Positions 49,085-63,147 are shown, counted from the whole stretch's first letter. The stretch: 63,147 nucleotides of DNA, filler included, from Bigelowiella natans CCMP2755 (GCA_000320545.1; 12 parts of 12 records of this genome joined end to end with filler, not necessarily neighbours in it), one strand, 5' to 3'. Translations and numbers: made by a program. Notes: a model not told the origin generated them from the sequence alone.

Positions 49085-49399
49085 CTCGTTCCCTCTCCCA
49101 CGAGCACTACATACATACGGCATACACACCGCAAGCATTCTCGTGGCGATTCAAGTTCTAGTAATATAATGGCCTCAAACTAGATTTCCTCGTTCGTCGA
49201 AATAATTTCCTTCTAAAACCGCATTAAATCTTCAGGAAAATCTCACCGTAGGAGAAAGATTCGCCCTTACGATACCTTTTGTACGGACTCTTCCCGGATC
49301 GCTGCGTACAAGCGGTATGTATGCGACTGTTCGTTTATTACATGTGGAAATAAATGCATGTGTGTCGGCAATAATCAAAATCACTGATTGCGAATCGCT

Positions 49400-50810
49400 G
49401 ATGCACAGTAAGGAGTCACAGAACAGAGATCTTCCACCAACAAAAAAGGTGATAAGCGTCTAGTTTTAGTTCCGAAGTATAGTCAAGGAGCATTCCTGAT
49501 CGTGCATAAATTTGATTGCCATTCATAGGATGAAAAGCCCTCCGCTAGTATGCGGAGGTTCCTGCAGATGCAGGAGTACGTGCGCAAAGTTAAGGCCGAA
49601 GATGCAAAGAAAAATCAGAAAAAAAAGAAGGGCAGTGGAAGTAAAGCTGAGGATAATTTGACAGAAGATAGCAGCAAGAAAAAGAAAAAAAAGATTCTGA
49701 ACGTAGCAGATAGGTTCCCGGGCGAATCTTTTGCAGCCTTCTCCAGACGGGTAAACCGAGCGACGCAGCGCGAGCTGACCCGGTTGCGACAGGTGTTTCT
49801 CTTTAACCATCACCGTCTTCTTGCAGCGTTGATCCATACACCTGGTTTGTGTGGCAGGAGGCGGTGAAGAAAACCGAAAAGCGAGAAGAAACAAACTCAC
49901 GTACTACTTTATTCCCTCGTCTATCGGTCTTATTTCCATCGTGGTGGAAACGTAGATATGACCCTTTATCTTCCCGCCAGGCACAAAGAAACGAAACCGC
50001 TTAGAAAAACAGCAAGAGCGACGGAGAAAGAAGCTGATAAAAAAGAGGAAAAAGAGAAAAGATGCTGATTCTAATGACGAGGTAGTATACCATTTTGTTC
50101 GATACACTGAGCCAATATGAGCTGACCTCAGAGAATGGGATATGCCCTGTTCAGCGACCATCATATCCTAGATTCATTTTTGACATACTTCTCTCAGAAG
50201 CTTGAACGGGATTCGCCAGGAGGATTCACCGGCGCTTCGAGTAGTGCTGGTGGCGACATCGATGCTGTTGACTCAAAGAAATTCCTTCCAGGCTCTGATC
50301 CAGTTGCCTTTGGAGAGGTTGTCTACACTATTGATAAGTTTCAACAAAGATTTCCATAGAATATGGAGGAGTTACTAGCCAAAATATAGATGAAATTAGA
50401 AAGATGTATGGCCGTTCTCATTCGTCGCTATGATGATTAAGTAGTAGTTTGATAGTAGATGTAGTCACAGTTTGTTTAGGAGATATAGGTGTGAAAGACG
50501 GGTGAAAAATGATAGGCATTATATCGTAATTACCCAGGTTGCGCAACGTCCGCCAGACTTTGTCGCGAAGCCGAAAATAAAATCAAGGCCGCTGGCAACA
50601 CATTGTGCAGCGTCAGTAGCCGAGGATTCGGACGGCGAGGACGACGAAGGAACTAGTAGGATCCCGGACAATAACGAACGAATGGTAGAGTTAATGCGAG
50701 CCCGTGCTATGCTGGCATACAAGATGGCTAAGAAAAAAAGAAGAGCTCAAAATCCGCAAAGTTTTGCAAACAGAAACCGCCGTAGGAACGATGAACCGCT
50801 CATAACATAG
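49400..50810 (+). CDS. CCDC137: CCDC137-like Lys-rich nucleolar protein
   Basis: Motifs RFPGESFAAFSRRV, DPVAFGEV-AQRPP and ELMRARAMLAYKMAKKKR. The start exon is uncertain. Confidence 0.6.
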
Positions 50811-51706
50811 CATCAGTATTTCATCTGGGATTATGTGTTATTGAATGATGTGGCACGATACCATATTTCTGGGGCATTGTCAACATGGTGATTCCAGACA
50901 ATATAGCAATGCCACTACAGGCCCACAAAACGTATGTCTAGATGTGCCTGTTACACACCATGCGATGCACCATGCCACGCTGCCCACATGCGCACATATT
51001 ACATCATCACGCACACGTGCGGGTTATGATGTATCATAGACAATCTTCCCACCACAGACACAAAATCACACCATGCATGCACTGCTAGACTGTGCGCTCA
51101 TCTGTGGTCCTTGTGTGCCGTGAGCATTGATTGCAACAGTGCACGCGCGCGTGACGTGTTTTGTTTCCGTTTGCAAATCCAGACTTCTGATGAACCGAAT
51201 TTTGTTGGTGGAAAATTGTGACCCAAATTTGACTGCGCTAAAATTCAACTGCATGCATCCACTCGCCTTGGAAGGCAAAAAACACATTGGTGCGAAAATT
51301 TGCACAAGATGCGTCGAGAACACGGTGAATCGAACACAGCCGGCCAGCTGTGAGCTAGCCAGACAGTTGGCAGCGTGTGGATCGAGATCATGTCAGACTG
51401 ACGAAGCATCATGTTCTCTCCAACTTGGATCGTGCTGACAATGCTGTTCCCTTTGTAGGAGCTGCAACCGGAAGGCGACGGCAGTCCGTGGCCTTGAGCA
51501 TCAAGTCCTCAAGAATGGGAGCTGCCCGAGGCCAGTCGTCGCGTCGACGTCGAGCACACTGGTGATTCGAATCCAAACGAAGGGGAATTATAAAGTGCGA
51601 CAAGGATAAATTAGCGACTTAGATGTAAGATGTCAAAGTTAGGACAACACTGGTGGAAGAGCTTCGCGTGCTCCCTTCTGTGCCCTTGCCCCCCAGGGGG
51701 AAAGTA

Positions 51707-51759
51707 ATGGATAAAAGGGAAGCAGGGTCGGATGCCCACAGGTGATAGCGAATACGGAT

Positions 51760-51811
<52 letters not shown>

Positions 51812-51919
51812 GGAAACAATGTAATCTTCATGTTACAGCAACGCCAAGAAGCACGCGAGGGCCATCATTCACATCGATCTCGACTGCTTCTACGCACAGG
51901 TTCGTCCGAACGTACTCGT

Positions 51920-51966
<47 letters not shown>

Positions 51967-54091
51967 CCGGCTAAAGATTATTTAACATCTACCAGGTTGA
52001 GATGGTCGCTGAGCCTGAGCTTCGCGACAAGCCGCTTGGGATCCAGCAAAAGAACATCATCGTGACCTGTAACTACCCTGCTAGAGCACGGTCATCCATT
52101 CCCTTCCTACGTCATCCGTTGATTGTGTCGCTCATTTGTTTCATTATTTACTCATTGAGCTTAGAGGAGTTGGGAAACTACAGAGGCTTAAGAGCGCTTT
52201 CGAGGCATGTCCGGAGCTGGTTGGCAATAAACCTTCCAACTTACCTATATCGCCTTTGTAGTTAGTGTTTGTTTGATCGTTCACAGGTGATTCGAAATGG
52301 CTCGGATCTGAAGCGCTATAGGGAGGTGCTTGGAAATCGTTGCTGCTTGACCACAATAATCTTGACCACAACCACTATATGTACTTTTCCGCGCATTTCT
52401 TAATTTAAACAAGGCAATCTATCGACAGTTTTCGTGATGGTGCGCAGTTTTATGACTGTCGCGTCGGGAATAAAAGAAGAGCGAGTATCCCAATACTGAA
52501 CATGTGCATCACCATACATATTCAGGCGTCGGAGAAAATCCTTTCTCAGCTCAAGGTCTGTCTGTCGTGTTTATCATTCCATCTTCTGGTTGGCATCATG
52601 CAACCTACCCGTAACAACGAACGCGATACTCTCTCTTGCAGACATTTACGCCGCGGGTGGAGAGACTCGGATTAGATGAGTTCTTTTTGGACGTCACTGA
52701 CGTGGTAACACCTACGTGATCTACAGCTTTGCCTTCTTCCCGTTTCCTAAATTATGCGAGCGACGCAGTAAGTCGGTCGGCCAAACACGTATTTCGAGGT
52801 TTTGCTAACACCTATCCCTCGCCCAACTCCTGATCTGCCACCTTTTGCATATTTCTCCGTTGAAATAAAACACATGTCGATACAACATCACAAGCTACGA
52901 GCTCCACCAGAGGGGCTGGATCTCGAGGACGAGGAACTCTTCGGCGCAAATGAAGGATTCGCCCCACATCTGTACCGCGGTGATAAAAAGCTCATTCTTG
53001 TTGAGGTGAGGTCGACAGTAACCCAGCAGCTGCTGCGGCTAATAAGCATGGCGATCCTCTCCCTTGGAGATATGGGGTTTCTGAGTTAACATGAGCCCAA
53101 CGCGCGCAAACACGTAACAAACTTGTTATGCGAACCTAGACTCAGACCGGCACAAAGTCTCATGTCCCCACCCGCACCCAAAAAGTTGAGCATTGCAGGT
53201 GTATTCCCCCACACACCACTGTACGAAAGACAGGTGCATACACAACGGCAGGTGGACGACGACGATGAGAGAATAACTTATGTATCAAATATTAACCCTC
53301 TCGCGTCTCCCCAAACGTGTTTTTATTTTAAAATTAGGTGCGGATGCTGGAGGAGGCTTCAGCTTGGGGTCGCGGCTGGCTCAGAAGATCCGTGGCAGGC
53401 TTTATAGCGTGCTGGGCTATACAGCAAGCGCTGGTTGTGAAGAGATGCATATGTGCACATTGTGTGTCTGAATAGCAGAAGCGTTTGGACGGTGATGATA
53501 TACGATGTCAGGCGTAGAAAATCCACTTGATAATGCCCGCGACCCCATCGCCAATGCAACCCACAAAGCATATCCCCCCCCCTTCTTACATACATATGTG
53601 GCAAAACTATAAGGAATCTCAGTTTCCAAGATGATCGCCAAGCTCAGTGGCGAGCTCCACAAACCAAACCAGCAGGTAATTAAATTTTCTTTCACCATAT
53701 CTGTACAACGGGGAGGGGGAGGATTCGAGGGATGCAGTGTGTTTTACCTTCCATACATAAAACGCTATTACCTCCATTGGCATCATGGGTTATATAACAA
53801 CAGTCTCAATCATCATTATCGTCACATCGACGCTCTCTCGTGCATGCCTGTCATCAGACCACCATGCTGCCCGCCTATGTGACTGAGTTTCTCTCCGCTC
53901 TGAGAGTCCGCAAGCTACCTGGATGCGGGTAGTGAGCCATAGGAGAGAATTATAGTAGTGAATCATAAAAGTAATCTCTTCTGCTGAGAGACAGCTCGTC
54001 ATCCATCGAAGTGTGTCAAATAACAAACAATCCTCTCGTCATCCTGTAGCGAACTACAAGCTCACTTTGTTCCTGCATGCGCATGCAAATT

Positions 54092-54138
<47 letters not shown>

Positions 54139-54768
54139 CTCTCTATCTCTCCTCGTCCGCTCTCTCCTCTCTCCTTGATTTATTGTGCATTGCTCTCTAG
54201 TTACTCCAGCGCAAGGAAGCTGAAGGAGCTCGACATCGAATATGTGCATCAGCTCCGCCAAGTCTCTCAGAAGAAACTGATATATGTACCACGACTATCC
54301 TTCTAACGATAACAATCGATAATTACTCGATGATGATGATGATGATGATGATGATAGTGGTGACAAATCGTCGGCAGGTACTCGGAGACCAGATCGGAGC
54401 ACGGCTATATCGTCTCTGCAGAGGTGATGATGGGGAGATGTCGAGGTGGTTGTGTCTGACGTCTGATCTATTGGCACCAAGGGGAGGGGGAGAGAGAGTA
54501 GTAACCCGTGCTTCTAGAACATGTATTTCACGAATACAGATAATGTGCAAAATTATGTACGTTATTCTTCCTGTCTATATCATGATTCCCAAAGGCGACG
54601 ATCCATCCCCTGTTGTCCTACGAGAGAAAGAGAAGACCATGGTATGGTGATGACACCAAAATGCACGTATATAATATCGGTCAATATTATCAAACTTGCG
54701 GTAGATAGCAGTAACAGCAGCATAACGTTGGATATTAGACGATGAAAACATTCGAGAAATGTAAGTGT

Positions 54769-54805
<37 letters not shown>

Positions 54806-54907
54806 GTCCTCTGAATTAACAGAGCGAAGAGGATTCATTCCTGGGTTCTGACCATCCAGCAGACGTGGAATCACGTAAGGCTGCGCGCGCACCTAGAAGG
54901 ACATGGG

Positions 54908-54975
<68 letters not shown>

Positions 54976-56331
54976 ATATAATATTTCAGGTATTTCCCGG
55001 CTCCTCCATGACCTATTGGATCGCGTTGACACACGGTGATAAAGAGACCCCCTCCCCCTTTCCTAACGCTCATTCCGTTCGTAAATGCTATTTAGATTCT
55101 GTCGGCACGGAGATCTGCCTTCATTAATTCGACTGACAATCAGGGATAGAGTGAGTGACAGCAGCAGCAGCAGCAGTATTTTCAGATGGTGATAATGGTG
55201 TGAATGGTGCTGATGGCCTTAATCATCATCAGGCGGCGGCGAAGCGGAAAGGCCAATCATCAAACGGGTCCCCGTTAATATTAATATTAATATGCGCTGC
55301 TCTATTCGTTGTACCTTTCCGTCGCGCACGCTCCTTTTAAAGCTCTATCTCCTTTATGCTCTTTTTCATCTCCTCCTTCTTCTTCCTCTTCTCTTCTCCA
55401 TCTTATTCAGTTACTTTGGAGGCAGGAGCAGCAAGCAAGTAGCGGTAGCCGCAACCGTAGGACTGATGTATCATATATCTGTTGTGAGGGTGAAAGCTGG
55501 TGCAACAATCCTCCCCCCCCCCCCAACTTTTACCCGGGTTGTGTCTTTCTATGTCTTTACCAACAGGTAGAGGTGGGTACTTTCCACCCTACGGAATCGA
55601 AGCAGCGCGAGGATAGGCTGATAGGTGATGGAGCTGATCTTGTCGTTCTTGGAATCTAACGCAACTCCCCTTTTCCTCTCTCTCACTGTTGTCTGATGAT
55701 GTCGCTAGGAATCCTGATGCAGCTATTCTTCAAGCTGGTGAGAGTGTGCGAGGAAGAAGAAACGTGGTGTCTCAGTCAGAAGCAGCGGAATGAAACGAGA
55801 GAGAGAGAGAGCGTCAGACACCATCAATTTGATGATGATGCCGTCATAGATACCACCACCGCCTTGACGAATGCCCACGATTAGGTGTCCGATTCAAAGA
55901 GATTCCACCTCACGCTGCTCAACGTGGCCGTTGCTCGATTTCAGCCTCATGGTGGCGGAAACGGAAGGCAACTTGGAATACAGTCTTTCTTCTCAGAGAA
56001 TACCGCTACGGGTAGGACGCGGCAGTCTTTTTCTTTGGAACCGAGAAGTAGTAAATCGACTGCGCAGCACTCAACAGCGCTATGCGGGGCGGAGAGGTTA
56101 CTGGTTCCAACAATCTTACAAGCGGCAACCATTCAACCATCCAGTAAACGCAACAGAAAAAGCAGCGTGATAGCAACGACAGCGACAAGAAACATCGTCA
56201 ACGAGCACAACAGTAGGAGTAGCAGTAGCAGAAGTAGCAGAAGCAGTGAGGCTTTGAAAGGATCACCATCTGATTCCAAAAAGAAGGTAGTGGTTACAGC
56301 AAAGGATATCGACGATCTTTTCGATTTATAG
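51707..56331 (+). CDS. POLI: Y-family DNA polymerase iota
   Basis: Spliced motifs IIHIDLDCFYAQ-VEM..PELRDKPLGIQQKNIIVTCNYPAR, CPEL-VIRNGSDLKRYRE, VERLGLDEFFLDVT, AQKIR..LGYTASAG, KMIAKL..LHKPNQQT, KLPGCGY, SEEDSF and FHLTLLNVA. The QQK, KPNQQT and FHLTL motifs are characteristic of pol iota. Confidence 0.88.
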
Positions 56332-56699
56332 TTGCAGTCGCACACAATTCAGGGATATGGACAATGCTAGAATGCTGAGCTGATTGCGAATCGATGTAGC
56401 AACTTTATCAATCATGCAAATGAATGCACGCCACGTGTGATTTTGTTTTTGATCAATCATGTGGCATATCTTCATCATGGCCATGTACTTGTTTGAGAAC
56501 GAGCCTGCCGATCTGTCGATGTGCTACAAAGAGCAAGCAAGCAGGCACATGCTAGACATGATGCATCGCGGTGGTGGAAAAAAAAACATTGCCGTACCAC
56601 TCTAGCACCGCTAGACTGGTGCGACATGCTAGCATGCTAGCATGCATGAATGATGAATGGGAGAATGTGGTCGATGATGGCAGCGTGCGATGCGATTTA

Positions 56700-57560
56700 G
56701 CGATGAAATGGCAACGGCATGTGCATCCGCAGCAAATAGCAGAATTGAGAAGCCAAGCAATTTGCTCAATCTGTGATTCAAACGAGTGGGTGCGATGTTG
56801 TGATGAGCGAAGCAAGTTTAGCAGATGAAATCTGTGATGTTGACGACAAACTTGGTGAAACAATCCTCGCAATAGACAACTCAAAAGGCCGAACTCGATC
56901 CGTCCTGAGTTCTGTTCGCAAACTGAGGGAAAAGGCAATGAAAGTCCACTCACGTTTGTTTGAGAGCGAAGCTGCAAACGGCTGTGCTCAGCCACTTTTC
57001 CCAACAATCATCACAACTCTGATGTGTTTCCAAACACTGCCCGATGTGATTTGCGAAGCATTCCATATGGCGATGCGAAGGTGCTCCCCAGGCTGCCAGG
57101 CTGGCAGGTTTGACAAGGTTGATTGTCATCACCAACCCCACCAATCGCAAACAGCTTGCCGTCCCCAACAGCCACACCCAAAGCACCCCTCTCAGTCCGC
57201 ACATCAGGCAGTTCCTTCCACCTCACCAACACATCCTTCAAATCCAGGTGCTCCCCAAGTTTGTGAGCATTGCCATGCACGTGCTGTCACGACCTGAACA
57301 GTCATGCCCACCATCAGACCAACCGCAAACAGCTTGCCATCCCAACAGCCAAACCCGCCAAATGTTTCCTCAGAGTCCATGTCAGGTGGTTCCAGAGTTC
57401 CTTCCGCCGGCACGCCTTCAAATCCAGACATTCCCTAGATTTGTGATTCTTCTCACCATCAGACCCAACAGCAAACAGCTTGCTAGCTTGCCATGCTAGC
57501 ATGTGCAGCACTCTTCCCACCCACCAACCACAAACAGCTTGCCCGACAGCCGACAGCGAC
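56700..57560 (-). pseudogene. Decayed kelch-repeat gene
   Basis: Repeated, frameshifted kelch units (GVAVGDGKLFAIGG, DGKLFAVG, SGKLFVVGG, EHLDLK/ECLDLK..W) in a TpA-depleted tract. Confidence 0.7.
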
Positions 57561-57698
57561 ACTCCATTTTTGTCGCAGGACGGAAATCAATGGAGTTTCT
57601 TGGTAAAATTAATAATTCGGGACAATTGGTGCATGAGTGCCGATGCCTCAAATTCCCAACTTCAGGGCTTGTCGCGGAGCTTGTTGCTGGGCAATCTG

Positions 57699-59021
57699 AT
57701 GGATGATGACAAGGCGACGCAACGCCACTTCCGCAGCAGAAGAACACTTTTCGAAGAACGGATCAGGTGGCGGAACAAGCTTAGGTACGTCCAAAGCCAC
57801 AGAGAGCCCACGCGCGCACACGCGCGCACGCTCACGACCGCACACGTTGATTGCTTGAAAACGAAGGAAGATGTACTGTTGAGAGGAACAAAGAAGCAGC
57901 AAATAGATTATCACCCTAAGATGAGAATGATGCTTTACTTTCTGCCCTTTTTCATTGGGACCACAGCCGCAAAAGAGAGGAGGAAGAGACAGCGCTCAGA
58001 AGACAAATACAACCTACATCATATTGCTATTACCGCTACCGTTTCTACTACTACACCTCTTTCTGCACAACCACCGCCTGGCGACATACATCGCACGAGA
58101 TGCTACAAGCAAGAAGATTTCAGTTCAAGGCGCAAGAGCCACAATCACTGCCGACAGGAGGGGGCTTGACCTATGGAGAACGCAAGTCTGTGAACAGTGT
58201 AGAAAGCTCTGTTACCGTCGAGAGCGTTGGAGTCGAGTTCACGTAAGTCTTGCGATTTCTTTCTCATGCTTCCTTCCATCACCCATCGAACATAATAACG
58301 TTATCAGATTCCCGGAGGTGTACCAAGCGTGTAGAGAAGGAGATCTTGAGTTCATAAAGAAGCATACAACTCAGGGAGAATTGGAGAGGAGGGGGCTGCT
58401 TGTGCTCAAACGAGGGTGTGTCATAACAACGCAAACCGCTTTGCTCAATTTATGGGACATGACCTTAAATTCTTGCGATGAAAATTTACAGATTTCTCCT
58501 TCGGAGGAAAAAAGCCAAAGGCCACGACGTAAAAATTCTTGAGAAGTTGTGCCTTCTCGCTGTGCGATGCGGGCACCGCGACATCGTGGCTTATCTCATC
58601 AAACAGGGGAAGGTGAATTTTTCCATGTCCGATTTCTAATGCTGCTGGGAATGCGACAATGATTCAGTTGAAAATGCTGTGAAGTCAAAGATGATGATGT
58701 AATATCCAGCAAACCGCAATCATGCTTTTCAATCCTATCTCCTTTAAATATTAGTTTCAAAATCTGATTCCTCCGCTCCCGCCCCCCCCCCTCTCAAGGT
58801 AAAAAGTCTGACGGGAAGAAGCTCAAAGGGCAAAAAGATTGCCAAAACGGCAGCGTATCAGCACTCTGACTACATTTTACTGGTGTTCCCAGTTGATAGA
58901 TGACAGTATTCTTGGATGATGATGATACTGCTGATGATGATTATGACGATTTTGCGATATTTACACATAAATATGTGTAATGTATATATTAGCTGCTTTT
59001 GTCGCTATTTTGCACAAACAC

Positions 59022-59073
<52 letters not shown>

Positions 59074-59315
59074 CATGTGCATCTATATCTACTCATAATA
59101 TTGGATTATATCTAATCTTCTACCTCGCATTTATGGACGCTCTCTGCTTGCTCAGCATCAAGCTGTAGCCTACGGCCACCTCGACGTCGTAGAGTACCTA
59201 CTAGAGTACCGATGTGACGTCAATGAGCTCAACCTCAAGGGAGAGCATGCGCTGATACGGGCTGCGCGCACAGATGCCCCTCCATCCGTTGTTCGGTGCC
59301 TTCTCCATGCGAAGG
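57699..59315 (+). CDS. Ankyrin-repeat protein (partial, multi-exon)
   Basis: Exons VYQACREGDLEFIK, LAVRCGHRDIVAYLI and HQAVAYGHLDVVEYLLEYRCDVNELNLKGEHALIRAA. Confidence 0.75.
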
Positions 59316-60320
59316 TGGCAGTGTCGCAAACGCGTGATACCGAGTAGCTCGATGCGTATGTTGTTTGGGAAGTAACGGTTTTTGTGAGAGAAGGGGAGGA
59401 GGAGGAGGAGGACGAGGAGAAGGAGGAGGAGTAGGTCTGGGGGGGTGTGCGCTTGTCTTGTGTGGGGGGGCGGGGTGCTTATCTCTGAGGTGAGGGAGAG
59501 GGGTCTCGTCTTAATGGGTGATGACAGNNNNNNNNNNNNNNNNNNNNNNNNNNNNNNNNNNNNNNNNNNNNTTAATTAATTAANNNNNNNNNNNNNNNNN
59601 NNNNNNNNNNNNNNNNNNNNNNNNNNNTCCCCCCCTCCCCCTCCACCCGTTTACCCCTCTCCCGCCCAGGTATTTCACTCCAAGCTGGATCAGAACTCCA
59701 AGCTGAACCCGCTCTCCAGCATTTGCAAGCTTCTTACTCGAAAATGGTGGTGCAGCTGGCTAAAGGTTATAGATGTGCATGTGCCGTACATAATCAAACC
59801 TTACAATGAAGAGTACTTCACAAGAGAAAAAATAGTAAAAACTACAGAGGCAAGTGTAGCTTTGTCGATTTCACTGGAAATTGGGTTCCGTGCTGTGAAA
59901 GCTTCTTTTCGGTGCATGATCATTAGCGATGAGAGGGTTGAAAATGCCGATTGATGATAAGAACATGAGGGGAGTGATATTGACTGAGTTTTTATTTTGG
60001 GCAATTGTGACTCCATCCTTCAGGAATATTGAAAAAGGATATTTCTGTGAAGATCAAAGATCATTTTTGATAAAAGGAAATAGCACGAATCCATGAAAGA
60101 TGGGCGTACCAGCTATCAGTAAACTGCCGTTTGATTCAGAGAAAAACGGGTAGACTATGCGCTATGAACATCATTCAAGCAAACTCTGCATGCAACTATA
60201 AATTGATGACAATACACATTTTACCACTTATAATTACCTACATATGGGTGTATCTGCATGAATTGGTGCGTCGCAAGACAGTACACATATATGTATATGA
60301 GACCGGTACAATGAAGTAAT

Positions 60321-60391
60321 TAAATCCTTTCAATTATCATCCTAATGTAGCTGTGCAAAGTTGCCACTACAGCGCTGCCGTTGTATCTGTT
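60321..60391 (+). repeat. Short dispersed repeat, copy C
   Basis: taaatcctttcaattatcatcctaatgtagctgtgcaaag..ctacagcgctg..atctgt. Confidence 0.65.
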
Positions 60392-61740
60392 GGATTCTGC
60401 AAATATGTACGTGTTCTATGCATGGAAAAGCATGCATGCACACCAGCACTAGAGCAAATGCGAGACGCACGGATGCAATAATTTAATTCATTTTTCAATT
60501 ATTTACACACACACACACACACACACGACACACTCTAGCACTGTGCATGTACGTATGTGTGTACACATGTTACATAACACAGTACGTACGGCACTTCACG
60601 ACGCCGAGCGCGAGTTGACATTCGCTGCGCTGAATGCGCTAAATGCGAAAATAAAAGCCATTACTAGCATTGATTGTGCCTTACAGACTGACGTACCAAA
60701 TGTTGCTGACAGTGTGCCGATCATTGCTCAAAATGAAACATCATGATGATTATGTAGCCTTTCGAACGCGCGTGCGTAGCTAGACCAACATGGCGTGCTA
60801 GCGTGTTTTGGACATGCTTGGGCAACACCTTGGCAATGACTTAGCATTTTGAATGACAAAGCAGAAAGCTAATTATGAAATAAAGTGTTGGTAGCCAAAT
60901 CATCTAATAATGAGTTTGCAACACAATGAGCAAGGCGGGTACTTCAGAAAATCGAAAAAGCGCGGTGCTGTGCTGCATGCGCCATGCAACACTAGAACGC
61001 AAGTGCACATAGTGTCGAACATGATCGCGCAAGTTGCTCATGCTCATGCATGCGCATCCTTTTTGTTACTTTAATTGTCACAAACATTAGCCGAGGAGCC
61101 ATGCTAGCAGCATGGACGTCAGATTATAATGATTACTCTGCAGAACTAGCTAGCTATAGGTTGTACAACAATTTATCATGCATGCGCGCTACGCGTACAT
61201 GTTGTGCGCTTATTTGTTTTGTAACGATTCTACATGCATGCTAGCATGCTTCGCATTGCGTCCAGTTACTAGCTTGTATTATGCTTAGCGTTAGCCACGG
61301 AATTTGTAATGTTCGATTTCATTTGCAGCGGTGATGACGCCTGCTAGCCTGCTGCTCCATTTCCCAATATAAAGACGATTGCATCGTCGTGCTTAATCAG
61401 CGAGTGCATTATGTTACTGAGAATTATTGGTCAATGTGTACAAAATAAAACGCACCATGCACAACGCCGAATGCACGTCATAGCGAATGCTAGCATGGCA
61501 TAGTGAAATCATCTGGATGATATTGCAGGCCAATAAACAGTGGCTAGGTGCACAGCTTGCACATATCTATGTTACGCTGACATTATTGCAGATCAGAACG
61601 TGTAATTTGATTCTAACTTCCGACCATTCGGATTCTGATCAACTATGAAGAAGAAATTGCCTTCTCTATTTCTAGATTTTAAGGTTTTCATTGAGTTTTT
61701 GATTTGAAGTGGCTAGCCATTCTAGCAGCACTGCGAGTAT

Positions 61741-62700
61741 TTAATCGTCATCGTCGCCTCCCCCACGAATGTCCCCCATTCCGCCATTGCCGAAATTTGA
61801 AGTGCTGGCCTCGGCACCAAAAAACCCAGGTGGGTCCATCGATGCCCCAAAACTGGCAAATCCGCCGCCACCACCACCACCACCACCACCTGTGTTGTTT
61901 CCGAAACCCCCATCGCCGTTTCCAGATCCGAAACCATTGTTATTGTCCCCACCCCCAAAGCCTCCATTATTTTCGTTATTAGACCCGAATCCACCGCCCC
62001 CGCCGTCTGCGACGTTTCCTGCACAACCGACATTGTGTTAAAATAAGCTCTCACATGCCAACATTGTAAGCCAACAGTATTGAAGGCGGCACAGGTGTTC
62101 CATCGTTCAATTTTGTCAACGAGCACGCACTGATCTCACAATTCGCCGTCGGCTGCTTTTATAGCTGCTCATATGTGTAGATGATCCGTCGTATAGTTGT
62201 GCTACATGATAGGATATTTTTCGTACATATTATTACCAAAGGAAAGGCCTTGATCGCTACTTGCTCCGAATGTCCCAAAGGAAGCTCCTAGATCTGTGCC
62301 CTCCCCAAAAGTGCCTCCTCCCGCTGCCGCGCCCATCATATCTGTGCGGGGATGATAGTGATGATGATGATGACGACGACGATGATGATGATGATATTAA
62401 CGATTGATCATAATGAAGAATGATGAGGACTATCATGGCAGATATCGTTGGATAATTAGTAAATATCATTATTATCACGAAGTTTATAAACATGGCTGCT
62501 CAGTAAAAATGACGTCGGATACTAAAGGTATACGCTTTTTGTGGCGAATTTAGCAGTCTATTTCACACTTCTCCTCCTCCTCCTCCTCCTCATTTTCAAG
62601 CAGCCATATTTTTTTTTTCCAACTTCAGTACTACTACTACACAGTTAAAAATACCCCCTCCGAACGAGTTGTTCCCAAAGCCACCACCGAGAGTGTCATT
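61741..62700 (-). CDS. 3' exons of a Gly/Phe/Asn-rich (FG-repeat-like) low-complexity protein
   Basis: Minus-strand exons LGGGFGNNSFGG, GGGTFGEGTDLGASFGTFG and GGGFGSNNENNGGFGGGDNNNGFG..GGGDDDD*. Confidence 0.5.
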
Positions 62701-63074
62701 ATCTCCTATTACACCACATCATCATCGTGATCATCACAGCAATCTCAATCTCTCCTCATCAAAAACAAGATTTGGGGACATTTCACACAGTGTGAGTGTG
62801 AAGGAGTAGGAGGAGTAGTTTTAGGAAATGTAGCAGTGGTGGATGATGGGGGCAGGAACGGCATCCACACGCAGGAAAATTTCTGAGGAGGGGCCAATGG
62901 TATCAACACCAATATTGTAGCACATATTGTTGTTGATGGCATTTAAAAAACTCTTTAATACCCTCCCCCAAATACAACACCAATAGGATTCATTTCACCT
63001 TGTTCCCAAGTAACCAAACAACAAACCCAAAAACGACAGAGAGAGCGCTATATGCACACACACCCCCACACACC

Positions 63075-63106
<32 letters not shown>

Positions 63107-63147
63107 AATATAAATAAATAGGGAGGGGGGGGGGGGGTGTCGAGGGA

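Noticed and set aside
61769-62041. Pro-rich plus-strand ORF
   Set aside because: It is the antisense of the Gly/Phe-rich minus-strand exon.

Overview
Eukaryotic, intron-rich nuclear DNA with microsatellite-filled introns. It is probably from a flagellated alga or protist; a chlorarachniophyte-like source is my inference from the COG4337-type carbonic anhydrase and the gene style, and is not proven. The window is a concatenation of 12 contigs joined by artificial 100-bp N44-TTAATTAATTAA-N44 spacers, the longest contig being 27562-59527. Recognisable genes: an MDP1-like HAD phosphatase, UTP18 (partial), a class II-like histone deacetylase C-terminus, a Methyltransf_24 SAM methyltransferase, a SNAP-25-like Qbc-SNARE, an intronless GH114/PelA-like glycoside hydrolase, a five-domain membrane-anchored iota/COG4337 carbonic anhydrase, EFCAB2/DRC8, a CCDC137-like protein, DNA polymerase iota and an ankyrin protein. 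There is also a dead LINE, a TIR MITE, a decayed kelch gene and a short dispersed repeat. The most striking signal is compositional. Repeat-derived DNA has lost almost all TpA dinucleotides through TA->TG and TA->CA changes on both strands (Tyr->Cys/His, Leu->Pro at conserved motifs). CpG is retained, and the surviving TAs sit mostly in CTAG/TAG context. This looks like a repeat-targeted A:T->G:C hypermutation process, a mirror image of fungal RIP, and it seems to have also hit the internal repeats of the carbonic anhydrase gene. All dinucleotide counts were made by eye, and exon boundaries are approximate.
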